Source: an uncultured Acidimicrobiia bacterium
GTDB taxonomy: Bacteria; Acidobacteriota; Terriglobia; Versatilivoradales; Versatilivoraceae
Reading direction: 5' to 3'
Length of the DNA: 64,000 nt
Assembly (NCBI GenBank): GCA_963786955.1
Contig: CAWBAT010000005.1
Coordinates: 640,001-704,000, forward strand
The position numbers and the translations under genes are program-made. Positions 32,141 through 42,878 of the stretch are shown in pieces (the first letter of the stretch is position 1; every line of letters starts with the position of its first letter). The notes below the pieces were generated by a model, which did not search any database, was not told the origin of the DNA, and worked only from the letters and a program-made list of their open reading frames with translations.

Positions 32141-32942
32141 ATGGATTCTTTCAAAGGCAATGCAATCTCATGGGGTTTGACAGAAGGCGTCGTGGAACTG
32201 GTCCTTCATCGCGAACCTTGTAATGAAATAGGCTCGGTGACACTGGCCGAGTTGGAACGTTTTGCCGATGCCCTCGAGAATTCTGGTCAGAAGCCCAGGC
32301 CCTGATTCTCTATAGCCGACTGGCTTCAGGGTTTTGCGCCGGAGCAGACTTGCGTGAGCTTTTCCGAGGAATTCAGCCGCTGAAAGCCGAGGATCGTTCA
32401 AACCGCGTGCGCGATTTTCTACTGCGGATTCATCGTGTTTTTAATGTGATCGACAGTGCGCCGATCACGACGATCGCGGCGGTTCACGGAGTGGTTTTTG
32501 GAGGCGGATTCGAGCTGGCCTTAACCTGCGATATGATCGTGGCAGACCGGACAGGCCGTTTTTGCTTCCCGGAGTTGCGATTGGGTCTCGTACCCGGATT
32601 TGGGGGGATTCCCCGAATGAAGCGGGATATTGGTAACGGCTTGGTGAGGGATCTTCTGCTGACGGGCCGGAGCATTAACGCGAATAAGGCATCCGCCGCA
32701 GGTTTGGTCAGTCAGGTCGTTGCTCCAGGAGAAGCCTTTCGGGTCGCGCGATCCGTCGCTTTGCAAGCAACCAAATTCGATCGCCGGGCAGCCCAAGTCG
32801 CTAAGGAATTCATCAAGCCGATTCCATACGCAGAGTTGCAGGAAGAAATCCGACTCTTTTGTGAACTGATGGGTCGGCCGGCCGTCGAAGAGGCATTCGC
32901 AAGTTTATTGAAAGCACTGACGCACAACCGTATCTCCCATAA
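32141..32942 (+). CDS. Enoyl-CoA hydratase/isomerase family protein (frameshifts near 32300 and 32900)
   Basis: Hand translation MDSFKGNAISW...HREPCNEIG; 'FCAGADL', 'GGGFELAL', 'FPELRLGLVPGFGG'. Confidence 0.85.
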
Positions 32943-32975
32943 ATATCGAAAATATTACAAGGATCGATTCCCTTT

Positions 32976-33219
32976 ATGCCTCATCTCGAGCAAACCCTTG
33001 CATGATTTGTTAAAGTTGGCCTCCGAGCATTTCCAGGTCCCCGTCAGCGAACTCAACCCCGACGAAGATTTTTTCAAGAAACTCAAGATCAATAGTCTCC
33101 AAGCCCTAGACCTATTGACCAAATTAGAACACCACTTTAACGTGGAACTCCCTGACTATGAATTGCAGGGCGTAACAGATTTCAGAACCCTGGCGGAAAA
33201 AATCCAAGCGCGACTGTGA
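32976..33219 (+). CDS. Acyl carrier protein
   Basis: ~80 aa, acidic, Ppant-site motif 'LKINSLQALDL..LE..F.VELPD'. The apparent fusion to the hydratase in the ORF track comes from frameshifts. Confidence 0.8.
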
Positions 33220-34942
33220 AACACACGGCCCCCGATTTATCTCCGTTCGCTTCTCTGGGCGAGGCCCTGCACATGGCTGCGCAGAAGTGGGACCACCACT
33301 TGGCTCTCATTGAAGCCGACCGTGAGCGCGAGAACTGCCGCCTGACCTACTCCCAATTTGAACAAGCCGCCCTTCCTATTGTTCAGGCCCTTCAAGAAGC
33401 CGGATTTGAATCCGAGCATCGAGCAGCGATAATCATGTCCAATCAGTCCAAATGGTTGATTGCCGCCTATAGCCTTTTTTATGCTGGGGGCGTGCTGGTC
33501 CCCCTGGATTTCAAGTTGACACCTGCGGAACATTTGCAACTTCTGGCCCACGCCTCGGTAAGGTATTGATCGTGGAATTTCCTTTCTGGCTGGCAATAAC
33601 TCAGACTCCGGCCTATAAGGAATTCGCCCTGTCCCCTAGTCCTCGTGACCGAGGCCCCCAAGACTGTGAAATTAGTGGGTGCACAGCGTTGGGAAGAGCG
33701 CACTCTTGCCGGAGCAAAGCCCCGCTTCGTACCAAGAACACGGCAAGACCTGGCCGGTATCGTCTACTCCTCGGGTACGGGTGGGCAACCCAAAGGATGC
33801 ATGTTGACTCACGACAATTATTTGGAGCAGTGCCAGTCATTGATGACCTGGTATCCGTTTTGGCCCGGAGTTCGTTATCTCAGCATCCTTCCAACAAACC
33901 ATGCCATTGATTTCATGGTCGGATTTCTTGGACCTTTTTTTTGCGGAGCCACGGTTGTTCATCTCCGAACATTACGTCCCGAGTATCTCAAGGAGGCATT
34001 CCCACGCTATCGAATCACTTACGCCAGTGTTGTCCCCATGGTGTTAAAAGCCTTCGAATCGGGTTTGAAGAACAAGTTCAAAGAATTCCCACCAAGCCGG
34101 CAATGGGTTCTCAGTTGTCTGATGCGCATCAACCGATGGTTAACGCGTAACCGCCCACGACCGTGGATCAGCCGGCGGTTACTGCCCAATATTCATCAAG
34201 CCTTCGGCGGTGAACTGTTAGCCCTGATTACTGGGGGCGCCTTCGCAGAGCCTTCGACTTTGCAGTTTTTTTATGATCTCGGCATTCCCGTCGCCAACGG
34301 ATACGGGTTGACGGAGGCCGGAACTGCTGTCACTGTCAACGATTTGAAACCCTTTCGAGCGGACACGGTGGGAAAGCCGTTGCCCGGGAGTTGAATTGAA
34401 GATTCTCGATGCGGATGCAGATGGGGTCGGACAAGTTGCGGTGCGAAGCAAGACTGTCATGAGAGGCTACTTGAATGATCCTGAAATGACTGCTGAAGTG
34501 CTTGTCAAGGGGTGGTTGTTGACCGGCGACCTCGGACGAGTGGATGCAACCGGCCATCTCCTGCTGTTTGGGCGTTTGAAGAATATGATTGTGACCGAAG
34601 GGAGGGAAAAACATATACCCCGAGGATATTGAGTCTGCGTTTCAAGGCTTACCCGTTAAAGAGTTTTGCGTCTTTGCGGTCAATTATGTCTGGAAAAAAC
34701 AGACCTTGGTCGGAGAACAGCTGATGCTCGTCGTTCAACTGGAACCAGGAGATGAGCTAACTCCAGCCTTGATCGAGGAGCTGCAGACTCGCAACCTTCG
34801 GCTGGCAGATTTCAAGCGGGTTTCAGGCTATCTTCTTTATGACGAAGATTTCCCGCGTACCGCTTCCCTGAAAATTAAGCGCAGGATTCTGGCTGAACGG
34901 ATAGCCACAAAGCTGAACCGGACTGATGTGAGAACGCTATGA
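33216..34942 (+). CDS. Second long-chain acyl-CoA/ACP ligase (AMP-binding; ~4 frameshifts)
   Basis: '[13 protein letters not shown]', 'GYGLTEAGT', 'GWLLTGDLG', 'GRLKNMIVT', '[11 protein letters not shown]'; GTGA overlap with the ACP. Confidence 0.85.
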
Positions 34943-34955
34943 TAATTCGTGCGTT

Positions 34956-35855
34956 ATGAAACGTTACCTGGCTATCGTGAACCCTGCCGCCGGAGGAGGA
35001 CGCTGCGGCAAGCTGGCATCCGAGACACTCGGGACAAATACGTGCGGGCGGGGTGGCGGTTGAAGTAGCTGGGACCCAACGCGCCGGAGATGCGACCGCC
35101 TTGGCAAGGGAAGGCTACGAACGGGGCTTCCGTCACTTCCTTGCCGTGGGAGGAGACGGGACAAGCTTCGAGATCGTGAACGGGTTGTTCCCGCGCGAGA
35201 ACCAGACGGACAGGGTCGCGTTGGGATTTCTCCCCTTGGGGACCGGAAATTCCTTTCTCCGCGACTTCGCCGAAGCGGGTTTACCACACGCTATAGAGGC
35301 CATAATCAAGCAAAAAATAGACCGTGCGATGTCCTTTGTCTCAAACACGGGGGAGGCCAATTGCATTACATCAATCTTGTGAGCTTCGGATTCACGGCTG
35401 AGGCAGGCACTTTGACAAACAGCCGGTTCAAGCCGTTGGGGGAGGTTGGCTACTTATTGGCCACTTTAATCTGCTGGATGAAACTCCATTACCCTACCTT
35501 TCCACTGCGCGTGGATGATGCCTCGGAGATTGATCACCGGCCTTGCACCTATTTAACCTTTTCAAATAGCCGCTATACCGGGGGGAAATTCATGATTGCT
35601 CCCTTCGCAAACACGGCAGACGGGTTGATTGAGCTGACACGAGTCGGAACCTTAAAGCGATTAGATTTTGCTCGGACTTTTCCCAAAATATTTTCCGGAA
35701 CTCACATGAGTCATCCGCTGATCTCACATGTGGGCGCCCACCGGGTCGATTTCCAAATTTCGCAGCCGATCGATGTCATGATTGACGGTGAAGTGGTGGC
35801 TTGCTTACCGGAGTCTATTGTCGTCTTGCCGCAAGCTCTCGATGTGATGGTATGA
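34956..35855 (+). CDS. Diacylglycerol/sphingosine kinase family lipid kinase (YegS/DgkB-like; 2 frameshifts)
   Basis: 'IVNPAAGGG', 'VGGDGT..EIVNG', 'LPLGTGNSF', 'IDGE'. Confidence 0.88.
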
Positions 35856-36649
35856 AGCAATTTTATCTGATCATCCGCAGTGTTTTTCTCTGGATTCTCA
35901 GTGCCATTCATTTTTTTACTGTTTGTACCGGCTTGGTCATTCTGGGTATTTTCTTCGACCCTCGCACCAATGATTGGCCTCAACGATGGTTCTTTCGGAA
36001 TATCCTCCGCGTGGCTGGCGTGGGATTTCAAGTGAAGCGCTCACCCGGTTTCGACCCTCAACGCACGAGCATTTTTGTTTGCAACCACATTAATATTTTT
36101 GACGCATTCGTAATCTATTCGGCGATTCCGCAATTCGTTCGAGGTCTAGAACTGGAGTCTCACTTCAAGATCCCGGCCTATGGATGGATGATGAAACGAT
36201 TTGGGAATATACCTGTAACGAAAGCTGGAGGGCCCTCACAATTCAAGAAAACTCTGGAACACGTTAGGTCTCATATTGCGAACGGCATCAGCGTCATTAT
36301 CTTTGCCGAAGGAACAAGAACACGGGATGGACGGGTTGGCCCGTTCCAGAAAGGTGGCTTTGTTATGGCCCACCACATTGGCGCGCCGATCGTTCCCATG
36401 AGCATCTGTGGGTCATTTGAATTCAACCGCAAGGGCAGCTGGATGCTACACCCCTCCACAATCAACGTCTATCTGCACGACACGATCGAGACAACAGGGA
36501 TCAAGAAAGAAGAATTAAACGAATTGGTAAAAGAGGTTCACCGAATTGTCTCTGAACCGGTCGATGCCTCTTTGAAAGTCCAGTCCGGCGCCCATCGATC
36601 AAACAAAGAGAACACGACAGGGGGACACAACTACAACTTAAGCGCTTGA
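35852..36649 (+). CDS. Lysophospholipid acyltransferase (PlsC-like)
   Basis: 'NHINIFD' (HX4D) and 'FAEGTRT'; ATGA overlap with the kinase. Confidence 0.92.
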   Translation: MKQFYLIIRSVFLWILSAIHFFTVCTGLVILGIFFDPRTNDWPQRWFFRNILRVAGVGFQVKRSPGFDPQRTSIFVCNHINIFDAFVIYSAIPQFVRGLELESHFKIPAYGWMMKRFGNIPVTKAGGPSQFKKTLEHVRSHIANGISVIIFAEGTRTRDGRVGPFQKGGFVMAHHIGAPIVPMSICGSFEFNRKGSWMLHPSTINVYLHDTIETTGIKKEELNELVKEVHRIVSEPVDASLKVQSGAHRSNKENTTGGHNYNLSA

Positions 36650-37070
36650 GACCGCTCAAGAGGGTTGGAATCGTTCTTCGAGCGGTAATTCACTGGTCAC
36701 AGTTCTTCTCTCCTCTAATCCGCATGTAGATTCAATTCACTCCGGCACTATCGTATTAGTCCCACGCGGCCTCCTTGTGATGCAGGCGTCCCACCTGCAG
36801 CTCGCGATTGGACATTTCGGGAGAGGATAGGGCGCGACCGCTGGGGCGGCGCGCCGCGGACGGCCTATGAGTTCAGCCCGCGGCCAGGAGGTTCTGTCGG
36901 CGCGCGGTCACTGTTGTGCTCCTCAGTTGTGGGTCGCGAATCTATCGGTCTCTTCACTTCGCCTGCTCAAAGTCTGTCTACTGCATAGTCTCGCCCACAA
37001 TACGGTCATCCGCGTGAGACAGTCAGGTGCATTGAAAATGCCGTCGTCGATCTTTGGCTCCACTCACCTG

Positions 37071-38261
37071 TCAGAAAAGAATCTTGATCACCCGCGTGAC
37101 CAACTCCTCAAGCGAAAAGACCGTCAGAGCCAACGGCAGAAGAGGCGCGGCGGTCACGGCGGCGAGTCTTGCGATGTCCTTAAGTCCGAAGGGCACGAGG
37201 CGCATCTCTTCAACAATCGAATAACTGTTTCCGAGATCGGCCAGCGACTGAATGTCGCCAGTGCCCAGAAGTTCATCGCCTTGTGCCGCGTTCCCCCGAA
37301 CCCACTTGTCCTCAAATCCCTGGACGTAGCGGTTAGCGAGCAGTCCGTATGCGTCCAATCCCCTCTGTTTCGCCCGCGCGAGCTGCGGCGTAAACATGAC
37401 GAGTGGGCCGAGAAGGAACAGAACGAAGAAACCCACCAAGCTCACGGCTTCCATCTTGAAGGACAGCAAGCTCTCACCCTCGTACAGGATCCGACTGGCG
37501 ATCATACCCGCCAGCAACAGGCCTTGGGCGAAAAGGATCGGTCCGAAGGCGTAGGTGCTCTTACCCAGGAAGGCTAGTCCGCCGGCTCGGTCCGGGTGGG
37601 TGGAGATGAGGCACAAGTTCAGCCTCGAGACCTGCCACAGGAACCGAAACCAGATAAGGAGCCGCAGATACCAGCGGAGCAAGATGAACTGAAAAATTGG
37701 AATACTGACGAAGGCATACCAGTACCCGGCAGGCGTGAGATGCAAATGGGTGCCTTGCGGCATCGCATACCAGGTTGCTGCACCGATGGCAATCTGGCTC
37801 CGCCAGAGCCATTGCCCGACCGTCCAGACTAGAATCACCAGCGCCACTTCCATGGGGGCCGAGTTGCGCACACGCTCGGCCGAGTGAATGGCGGCGTGGA
37901 ATTTCGGCAGATCTTCGGAGACGACAATGTCCCGCTCCACGAACCGTGACACCACGGGGCGGACGCGCAAATGGACGATCAGCTCGGCGGCAATCAGCAC
38001 CGGTAACGCGACCAGGAATCGAACCTGCACCTCGATGTCGTGTAAAAATGGGACCTTGATGGCTCCGCCCAGCGCATGCCCGCCAATCAGCGACAATACC
38101 AATAGCGGGAGCCACGCGAAAAGCGAGATAAACAGAATTCGGCGGTGGAGCAACTCCAGTGCGTCTCCGGACACATGTGTCCGCCGGAACAGTTGATACA
38201 GAGGACCGCCCAAGCATAGCGAAAAGTCAGGCGATTCTTGGAGAGGCGTGGTTTTGTTCAT
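37071..38261 (-). CDS. Hypothetical integral membrane protein
   Basis: 396-aa ORF with ~8 hydrophobic segments and high-GC codon usage like the adjacent sulfatases. Confidence 0.75.
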   Translation of the reverse strand: MNKTTPLQESPDFSLCLGGPLYQLFRRTHVSGDALELLHRRILFISLFAWLPLLVLSLIGGHALGGAIKVPFLHDIEVQVRFLVALPVLIAAELIVHLRVRPVVSRFVERDIVVSEDLPKFHAAIHSAERVRNSAPMEVALVILVWTVGQWLWRSQIAIGAATWYAMPQGTHLHLTPAGYWYAFVSIPIFQFILLRWYLRLLIWFRFLWQVSRLNLCLISTHPDRAGGLAFLGKSTYAFGPILFAQGLLLAGMIASRILYEGESLLSFKMEAVSLVGFFVLFLLGPLVMFTPQLARAKQRGLDAYGLLANRYVQGFEDKWVRGNAAQGDELLGTGDIQSLADLGNSYSIVEEMRLVPFGLKDIARLAAVTAAPLLPLALTVFSLEELVTRVIKILF

Positions 38262-38523
38262 GGTGCAGGATCCTTAGAACTCAAGCCCCGGCCGCAGCAG
38301 GGTGCCTTGCGCGGTGGTCTTCCCAGATAAAAATCATGTCATTCTTTGCTTGCTGAGCGGTACTGGTGTCCCAACACCCCACTGGCGGGCGGCCAACTTC
38401 AGCGCCAGTCCAGAGACCAGCGCGGCGGCGAGGTTGGTTTTCGTTTTCATGGTCGTGTCCTTTCTTTGTTTATCGGTTGCCGCGCCCGCCGCCTTGCGAC
38501 GGCGGGCGCAGTTCTTATTACAC

Positions 38524-40935
38524 TTACTGTGCGGCGGCGATGGTGGCTTTGCCTTCTTCAAGTTTCTGCTGGTCCTGCGCCGTCAATGGCACGGGTTTCA
38601 AGTAAACCGTCACCTTCTTGAGCTCGCCGGTGAACTTGAACGGGACGTGGTAATCCTCGGTGACGGGTGTGCCGGTGTCCTCGCCGCAATCGAGCGTCTC
38701 GTCGAGCGAGAGGCGGAAGGCCAGTGTACGTTCGATGCGGCCGGTGGCCACGGTCTTGCCGTCCACCTGGATCGTGCCGACGCCGCCTTTGCCGAGGCCA
38801 CCGCCATCGTATTTGAAGTCGTAAACGATGGTGTGCGCGCCTGGCGCAAGCTTGTCCTTACCGGTGACAAGGTAGTGGGCGACACCGGCGAGGTTGTAGC
38901 AGAAGACCGGCTTGCCTTTGAGCAGGTAAAGTCCCCACCCGGAGAAACGTCCACCATGCGTGAGCAACATGCCTTCCGCGCCGCCCTTGGGGATGTCCAC
39001 CTCGGCTTTGATCTGCCAGGACTTGTTCTTCGTGTCCGGCGCTGCGCCCTCGGGGATGCGCACGAGGCCGGGGTAGTAGGTGAACTCGTCCCGCCCGCGC
39101 GTCAGGCTGGGCCGGATGTTCACATCGAAGCGGTTAATCCTGCTGTTCTCGATCGGCAGCACATTGTATTTCTCGGCTTCCTTCCAGAAGAGGTCCTGCA
39201 GCTCCTTGAGCTTGGCGGGCTCTTTGGTCGCGAGGTTGTTCGCTTCGGAGAAATCCTCGCTGACGTTGTAGAGTTCCCACTTGTAGTCAAGGACGGAAGG
39301 CAATCGCCCTTCGATCTCGGCCGCCGAGTCCCACGGCGCAACCCCCGGCGTCGTGCAGGCGACCCAGCCATCGTGATAGATGCCCTGGTTGCCAAACATC
39401 TCGAAATACTGCGTCGTGTGTTTCGACGGCGCTTTTGCGTCATCGAACGTATAAACGAGGCTCGCGCCTTCAATGGGTTTCTGCGCCACACCGTTGATGC
39501 TCGTCGGCGCGGGCACACCGGCGGCTTCGAGCAACGTGGGCATGATGTCAATCACCGAGCAGAACTGCGAACGGATGCCGCCCACGTCCTTGATGCGCGC
39601 CGGCCAGGAGATGACCATGCCGTTGCGCGTGCCGCCGAAGTGCGAGGCGATCTGCTTGCACCATTGGAACGGCGTGTCCATCGCGTGCGCCCAACCGACC
39701 GGGTAGTGGTTGAAGGTGTTCGGCCCGCCGAGTTCGTTCATGCGGCGCAGGACTTCCTTCATGTCTTCGGGGATGCCGTTGAACACCGTCATCTCGTTGA
39801 GCAGGCCTTGCATACCGCCTTCGCCGCTCGCGCCGTTATCGCCCTGGATGTAGATGACGAGCGTGTTGTCCAGTTCACCCTGCGCTTCGATGGTATCGAG
39901 GATGCGGCCCATCTCGGTGTCGGCGTGTGAGAGCGCCGCGGCATAGACTTCCATCATGTGGGCAAAAACTTTCTTCTGGTCGGCGTTCAAGCTGTCCCAC
40001 GCAGGAATGCCAGCGGAACGCTCCGTCAACTTCGTATTCGCCGGGATGATGCCCGCCGCCTTCTGCCGCGCGAAAGTTTCCTCCCGCACCTTGTCCCAGC
40101 CTTGATCGAACTTTCCCTTGAACTTCGCGATCCAATCCGGCGGTGCGTGATGCGGCGCATGGGCCGTGCCCGTCGCGTAGTAGGCGAGGAAGGGCTTGCC
40201 CGGCGCGGTCGCGTGCTGCATCCGAATCCAGTCAATGCAATGGTCGGCCATGTCATTGTCGAAGAAGTAATTCTTCGCGTCATGCGGCGGCTCGATGGGT
40301 TTCGTGCCCTCGAAGAGCGCCGGATTCCACTGACTCGTGTCGCCGCCGATGAAGCCGTAGAAGTATTCAAACCCCAGCCCGGTGGGCCACAGGTCGAACG
40401 GCCCCGCCTGGCTGGTCATCCAGTCGGGGACGTTGTGGTTCTTGCCATACCAGGACGTGTTGTAGCCGTTCTGCTTCAGAATCTCGGCGAACGTCCCGTC
40501 GCTCTTCGACATCAGGGAGTTGTAGCCGGGGAAGCCAGTGGCCAGTTCCATGATGACGCCGGTGTTGGCGCTGTGATGATTGCGTCCGCTGAGCAGTGCG
40601 GCGCGCGTGGGCGAGCAAAGCGCCGTGGTGTGGAATTGATTGTAGCGAAGTCCGTTTTTGGCCAGGCGATCCATCGTCGGCGTGGGAATCGGCCCGCCAA
40701 ACGTGGATGACGCCCCGAAGCCCACATCATCGGTGAGGATGACGAGAATGTTCGGCGCGCCTTTCGGTGCTGCGACACCCTTGGGGAAATCCGGCGTGGA
40801 CTCCTTGGGCGTGCGGCCAATCTTGCCGCCGAAGGGTTGTTCGGGTCGGGGCAGGACTTGTTGCGCCCTTGCCGGTAGCGCATAGGCTGTGGCCAGCACA
40901 AGGATCAGAACGGCGAGCATGGTTTTGGTTTTCAT
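38524..40935 (-). CDS. Arylsulfatase (Cys-type, secreted)
   Basis: Signal peptide; '[12 protein letters not shown]'; FGly motif '[12 protein letters not shown]'; 'GKNH'; 'GDNG'. Confidence 0.95.
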   Translation of the reverse strand: MKTKTMLAVLILVLATAYALPARAQQVLPRPEQPFGGKIGRTPKESTPDFPKGVAAPKGAPNILVILTDDVGFGASSTFGGPIPTPTMDRLAKNGLRYNQFHTTALCSPTRAALLSGRNHHSANTGVIMELATGFPGYNSLMSKSDGTFAEILKQNGYNTSWYGKNHNVPDWMTSQAGPFDLWPTGLGFEYFYGFIGGDTSQWNPALFEGTKPIEPPHDAKNYFFDNDMADHCIDWIRMQHATAPGKPFLAYYATGTAHAPHHAPPDWIAKFKGKFDQGWDKVREETFARQKAAGIIPANTKLTERSAGIPAWDSLNADQKKVFAHMMEVYAAALSHADTEMGRILDTIEAQGELDNTLVIYIQGDNGASGEGGMQGLLNEMTVFNGIPEDMKEVLRRMNELGGPNTFNHYPVGWAHAMDTPFQWCKQIASHFGGTRNGMVISWPARIKDVGGIRSQFCSVIDIMPTLLEAAGVPAPTSINGVAQKPIEGASLVYTFDDAKAPSKHTTQYFEMFGNQGIYHDGWVACTTPGVAPWDSAAEIEGRLPSVLDYKWELYNVSEDFSEANNLATKEPAKLKELQDLFWKEAEKYNVLPIENSRINRFDVNIRPSLTRGRDEFTYYPGLVRIPEGAAPDTKNKSWQIKAEVDIPKGGAEGMLLTHGGRFSGWGLYLLKGKPVFCYNLAGVAHYLVTGKDKLAPGAHTIVYDFKYDGGGLGKGGVGTIQVDGKTVATGRIERTLAFRLSLDETLDCGEDTGTPVTEDYHVPFKFTGELKKVTVYLKPVPLTAQDQQKLEEGKATIAAAQ

Positions 40936-41107
40936 GGTTGTTTTCCTTTCATTGGTTGCTTGGTTGACCCGCGGCAGCGTCAGCGAGCACGGCGGCGAGG
41001 AATTGGGGAGTTTTCATTTTCATAGTTTTGTTCTTTCTTTGGTTGATTGGTTCGCTGGTTAACGCGCGAGCCGTCCACTCGGACAGCCCGCGTGTTTCAC
41101 AATCGAA

Positions 41108-42742
41108 TCATTTCAGTTTCAGTTGCTGGAGCTTCTTCGCCGCCGTACCGAACTGACCAAGCTGATAGACCGCTGCGCCCGCCGGTGAAAAGGTGAACGC
41201 CACAAACGGTTCGGCCAGCATTCCATCCAAGTATTCTTTGCTGGCGACGCCAGTGCTGACATGCGGATTGAAATTCTCGCCGGTGCCCTTCGGCACAAAC
41301 ACGGAAACGTATTTGATCAGGAACGGATCAATGACCGGATCTTCGGGCGTAGTGACGAACGCGGACGAGTCGCCGGTTTCCACCGTGAACGGAGCAACGG
41401 CGGCGATGATGTCCGCCTGGAGTTTAAGTAATTCCGGGGTCGGCTTCGCGCAGATGCCCGCAAGGCCGATGGGACCGCTTGCGACGTAGTAGTATTTGAA
41501 GGCTTCCAGCTTCATCGCGGTCACGTTGGCTTTGGCGATGACTCTTCCAGCAGCGTCATAGACCTTGTCGAGGTCGGCGGTGCGGACGTAGCGCTGGATC
41601 AGCGTGATGTGCGGACGGTGCGTCGCATCCAGTGAAAAGCCTTTCGGGTAAACCTTCAGCAGGCGGGCGTTGTTCACTTCGCTTTCCTTGAGCATCGTGG
41701 CGTCCGGCTCCAGCAAGATGTCAATGGCCGTGCCAGCGGCTTCCTCGGCAGGGAAGACTGATTTCCAATCGTTCTTCATATTCACGACCACCCAGCCGTT
41801 CGCAGCGGCGGCCTTCAACGAGGCGTTGTCCGGCTCGGCGTAAGCGAACTCGCGCGCGGCATCGTCATGGTTGACCATCAGTTGGAGCGTCGCGCCGGGG
41901 CGGCTCTGACAGTAGCGCAGCATGGCGATGTCGCCGCCGGAGAAGACGTTCCCGGCCGACAGTATCGGCTTGCGACCGATGTGCTGATTGATGCCAACGG
42001 GCTTGCCCTCTTTGTCATCGATGAAATTCAGCTCCGGCAGACGCAAGAGCACCGGCTGGCCGTCGCGGATTTCAAACCTCGTTTTGATACTGCTGCCGAC
42101 GACCTGCTCGGGCGGGATCTCATAGACCTTTTCCGTCCACGGGCGCATGAACTCGATGCCACCGCCGGAGACGATGTAGTTCTTGAAACCGTTGGCGCGC
42201 AGGTAGGCGAGCACTTCGAGCATGGGCTGATAGACCATCTCAGTGTAAGGCCGCCCGGTCGTCGGATGCTTCGCCGTACCGATCCAATCCTTCACCATCT
42301 TCTCAAACTCCACGGTGGTCATGCCTGCATGCGTGGCCATGATGATTTCGAGCAAGGCGTGTTCTCCGCCCGCCATCGAGCCTTTCACGTCACCCTTGAG
42401 CAACGAGGCGAACGGTTCCGTCGTCTTCCATTCCGGGTGCTGCGGCGCGAGCGCCTTCACGCCGTCAAGCGCGAAGTATAATTGGACGGGCACCGGCTTC
42501 TCACACCAGAGCGTGCCGTCGTTGTCGAACGTGGCGATGCGTTCCGGTACCGGCACGAAATCCGGCGAACCGGGTTTGGTGACCTTGGCGACAAATGCGA
42601 CGATGGATTTCTTGGCCGCGCCGTCGTTCCACGAGGGAAGCGGGTCGCTTTGCGCTCGTGCTGTACCAACTGCGCCGCCGACAAGTAACGTCGCGAAGGC
42701 AACAGCAAGTATGAAGCTGAAGGCAGCTTTGTTCGTTCTCAT
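41108..42742 (-). CDS. Secreted HAD-family phosphatase fused to a C-terminal 2H-phosphoesterase-like domain
   Basis: Signal peptide; HAD motif I 'FDNDGTLW', 'IVSGGG', 'GKP'. The C-terminal ~200 aa carry two Hx(T/S) motifs, 'RPHITL' and 'NPHVSTG'. Confidence 0.8.
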   Translation of the reverse strand: MRTNKAAFSFILAVAFATLLVGGAVGTARAQSDPLPSWNDGAAKKSIVAFVAKVTKPGSPDFVPVPERIATFDNDGTLWCEKPVPVQLYFALDGVKALAPQHPEWKTTEPFASLLKGDVKGSMAGGEHALLEIIMATHAGMTTVEFEKMVKDWIGTAKHPTTGRPYTEMVYQPMLEVLAYLRANGFKNYIVSGGGIEFMRPWTEKVYEIPPEQVVGSSIKTRFEIRDGQPVLLRLPELNFIDDKEGKPVGINQHIGRKPILSAGNVFSGGDIAMLRYCQSRPGATLQLMVNHDDAAREFAYAEPDNASLKAAAANGWVVVNMKNDWKSVFPAEEAAGTAIDILLEPDATMLKESEVNNARLLKVYPKGFSLDATHRPHITLIQRYVRTADLDKVYDAAGRVIAKANVTAMKLEAFKYYYVASGPIGLAGICAKPTPELLKLQADIIAAVAPFTVETGDSSAFVTTPEDPVIDPFLIKYVSVFVPKGTGENFNPHVSTGVASKEYLDGMLAEPFVAFTFSPAGAAVYQLGQFGTAAKKLQQLKLK

Positions 42743-42878
42743 GTTGCTTCCTCCTGATCATATGAACCGCAGGGCATAGTCCTTGCTGCGCCGTATGCCT
42801 TACCGTCACCCACTACCATGAGGTGGTTTTTTCGCCGCGGGCAGCCCTTGCGGACCGCCCGCCATGTATGCGTCCGTG

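Noticed and set aside
32350-33219. Apparent enoyl-CoA hydratase-ACP fusion in the ORF track
   Set aside because: Produced by frameshifts: the hydratase ends at TAA 32940-32942 in another frame and the ACP has its own ATG at 32976.
38302-39930. 542-aa plus-strand ORF and other long antisense ORFs in 37-44.5 kb
   Set aside because: Shadow ORFs opposite clear sulfatase and HAD genes, expected from high-GC codon bias.
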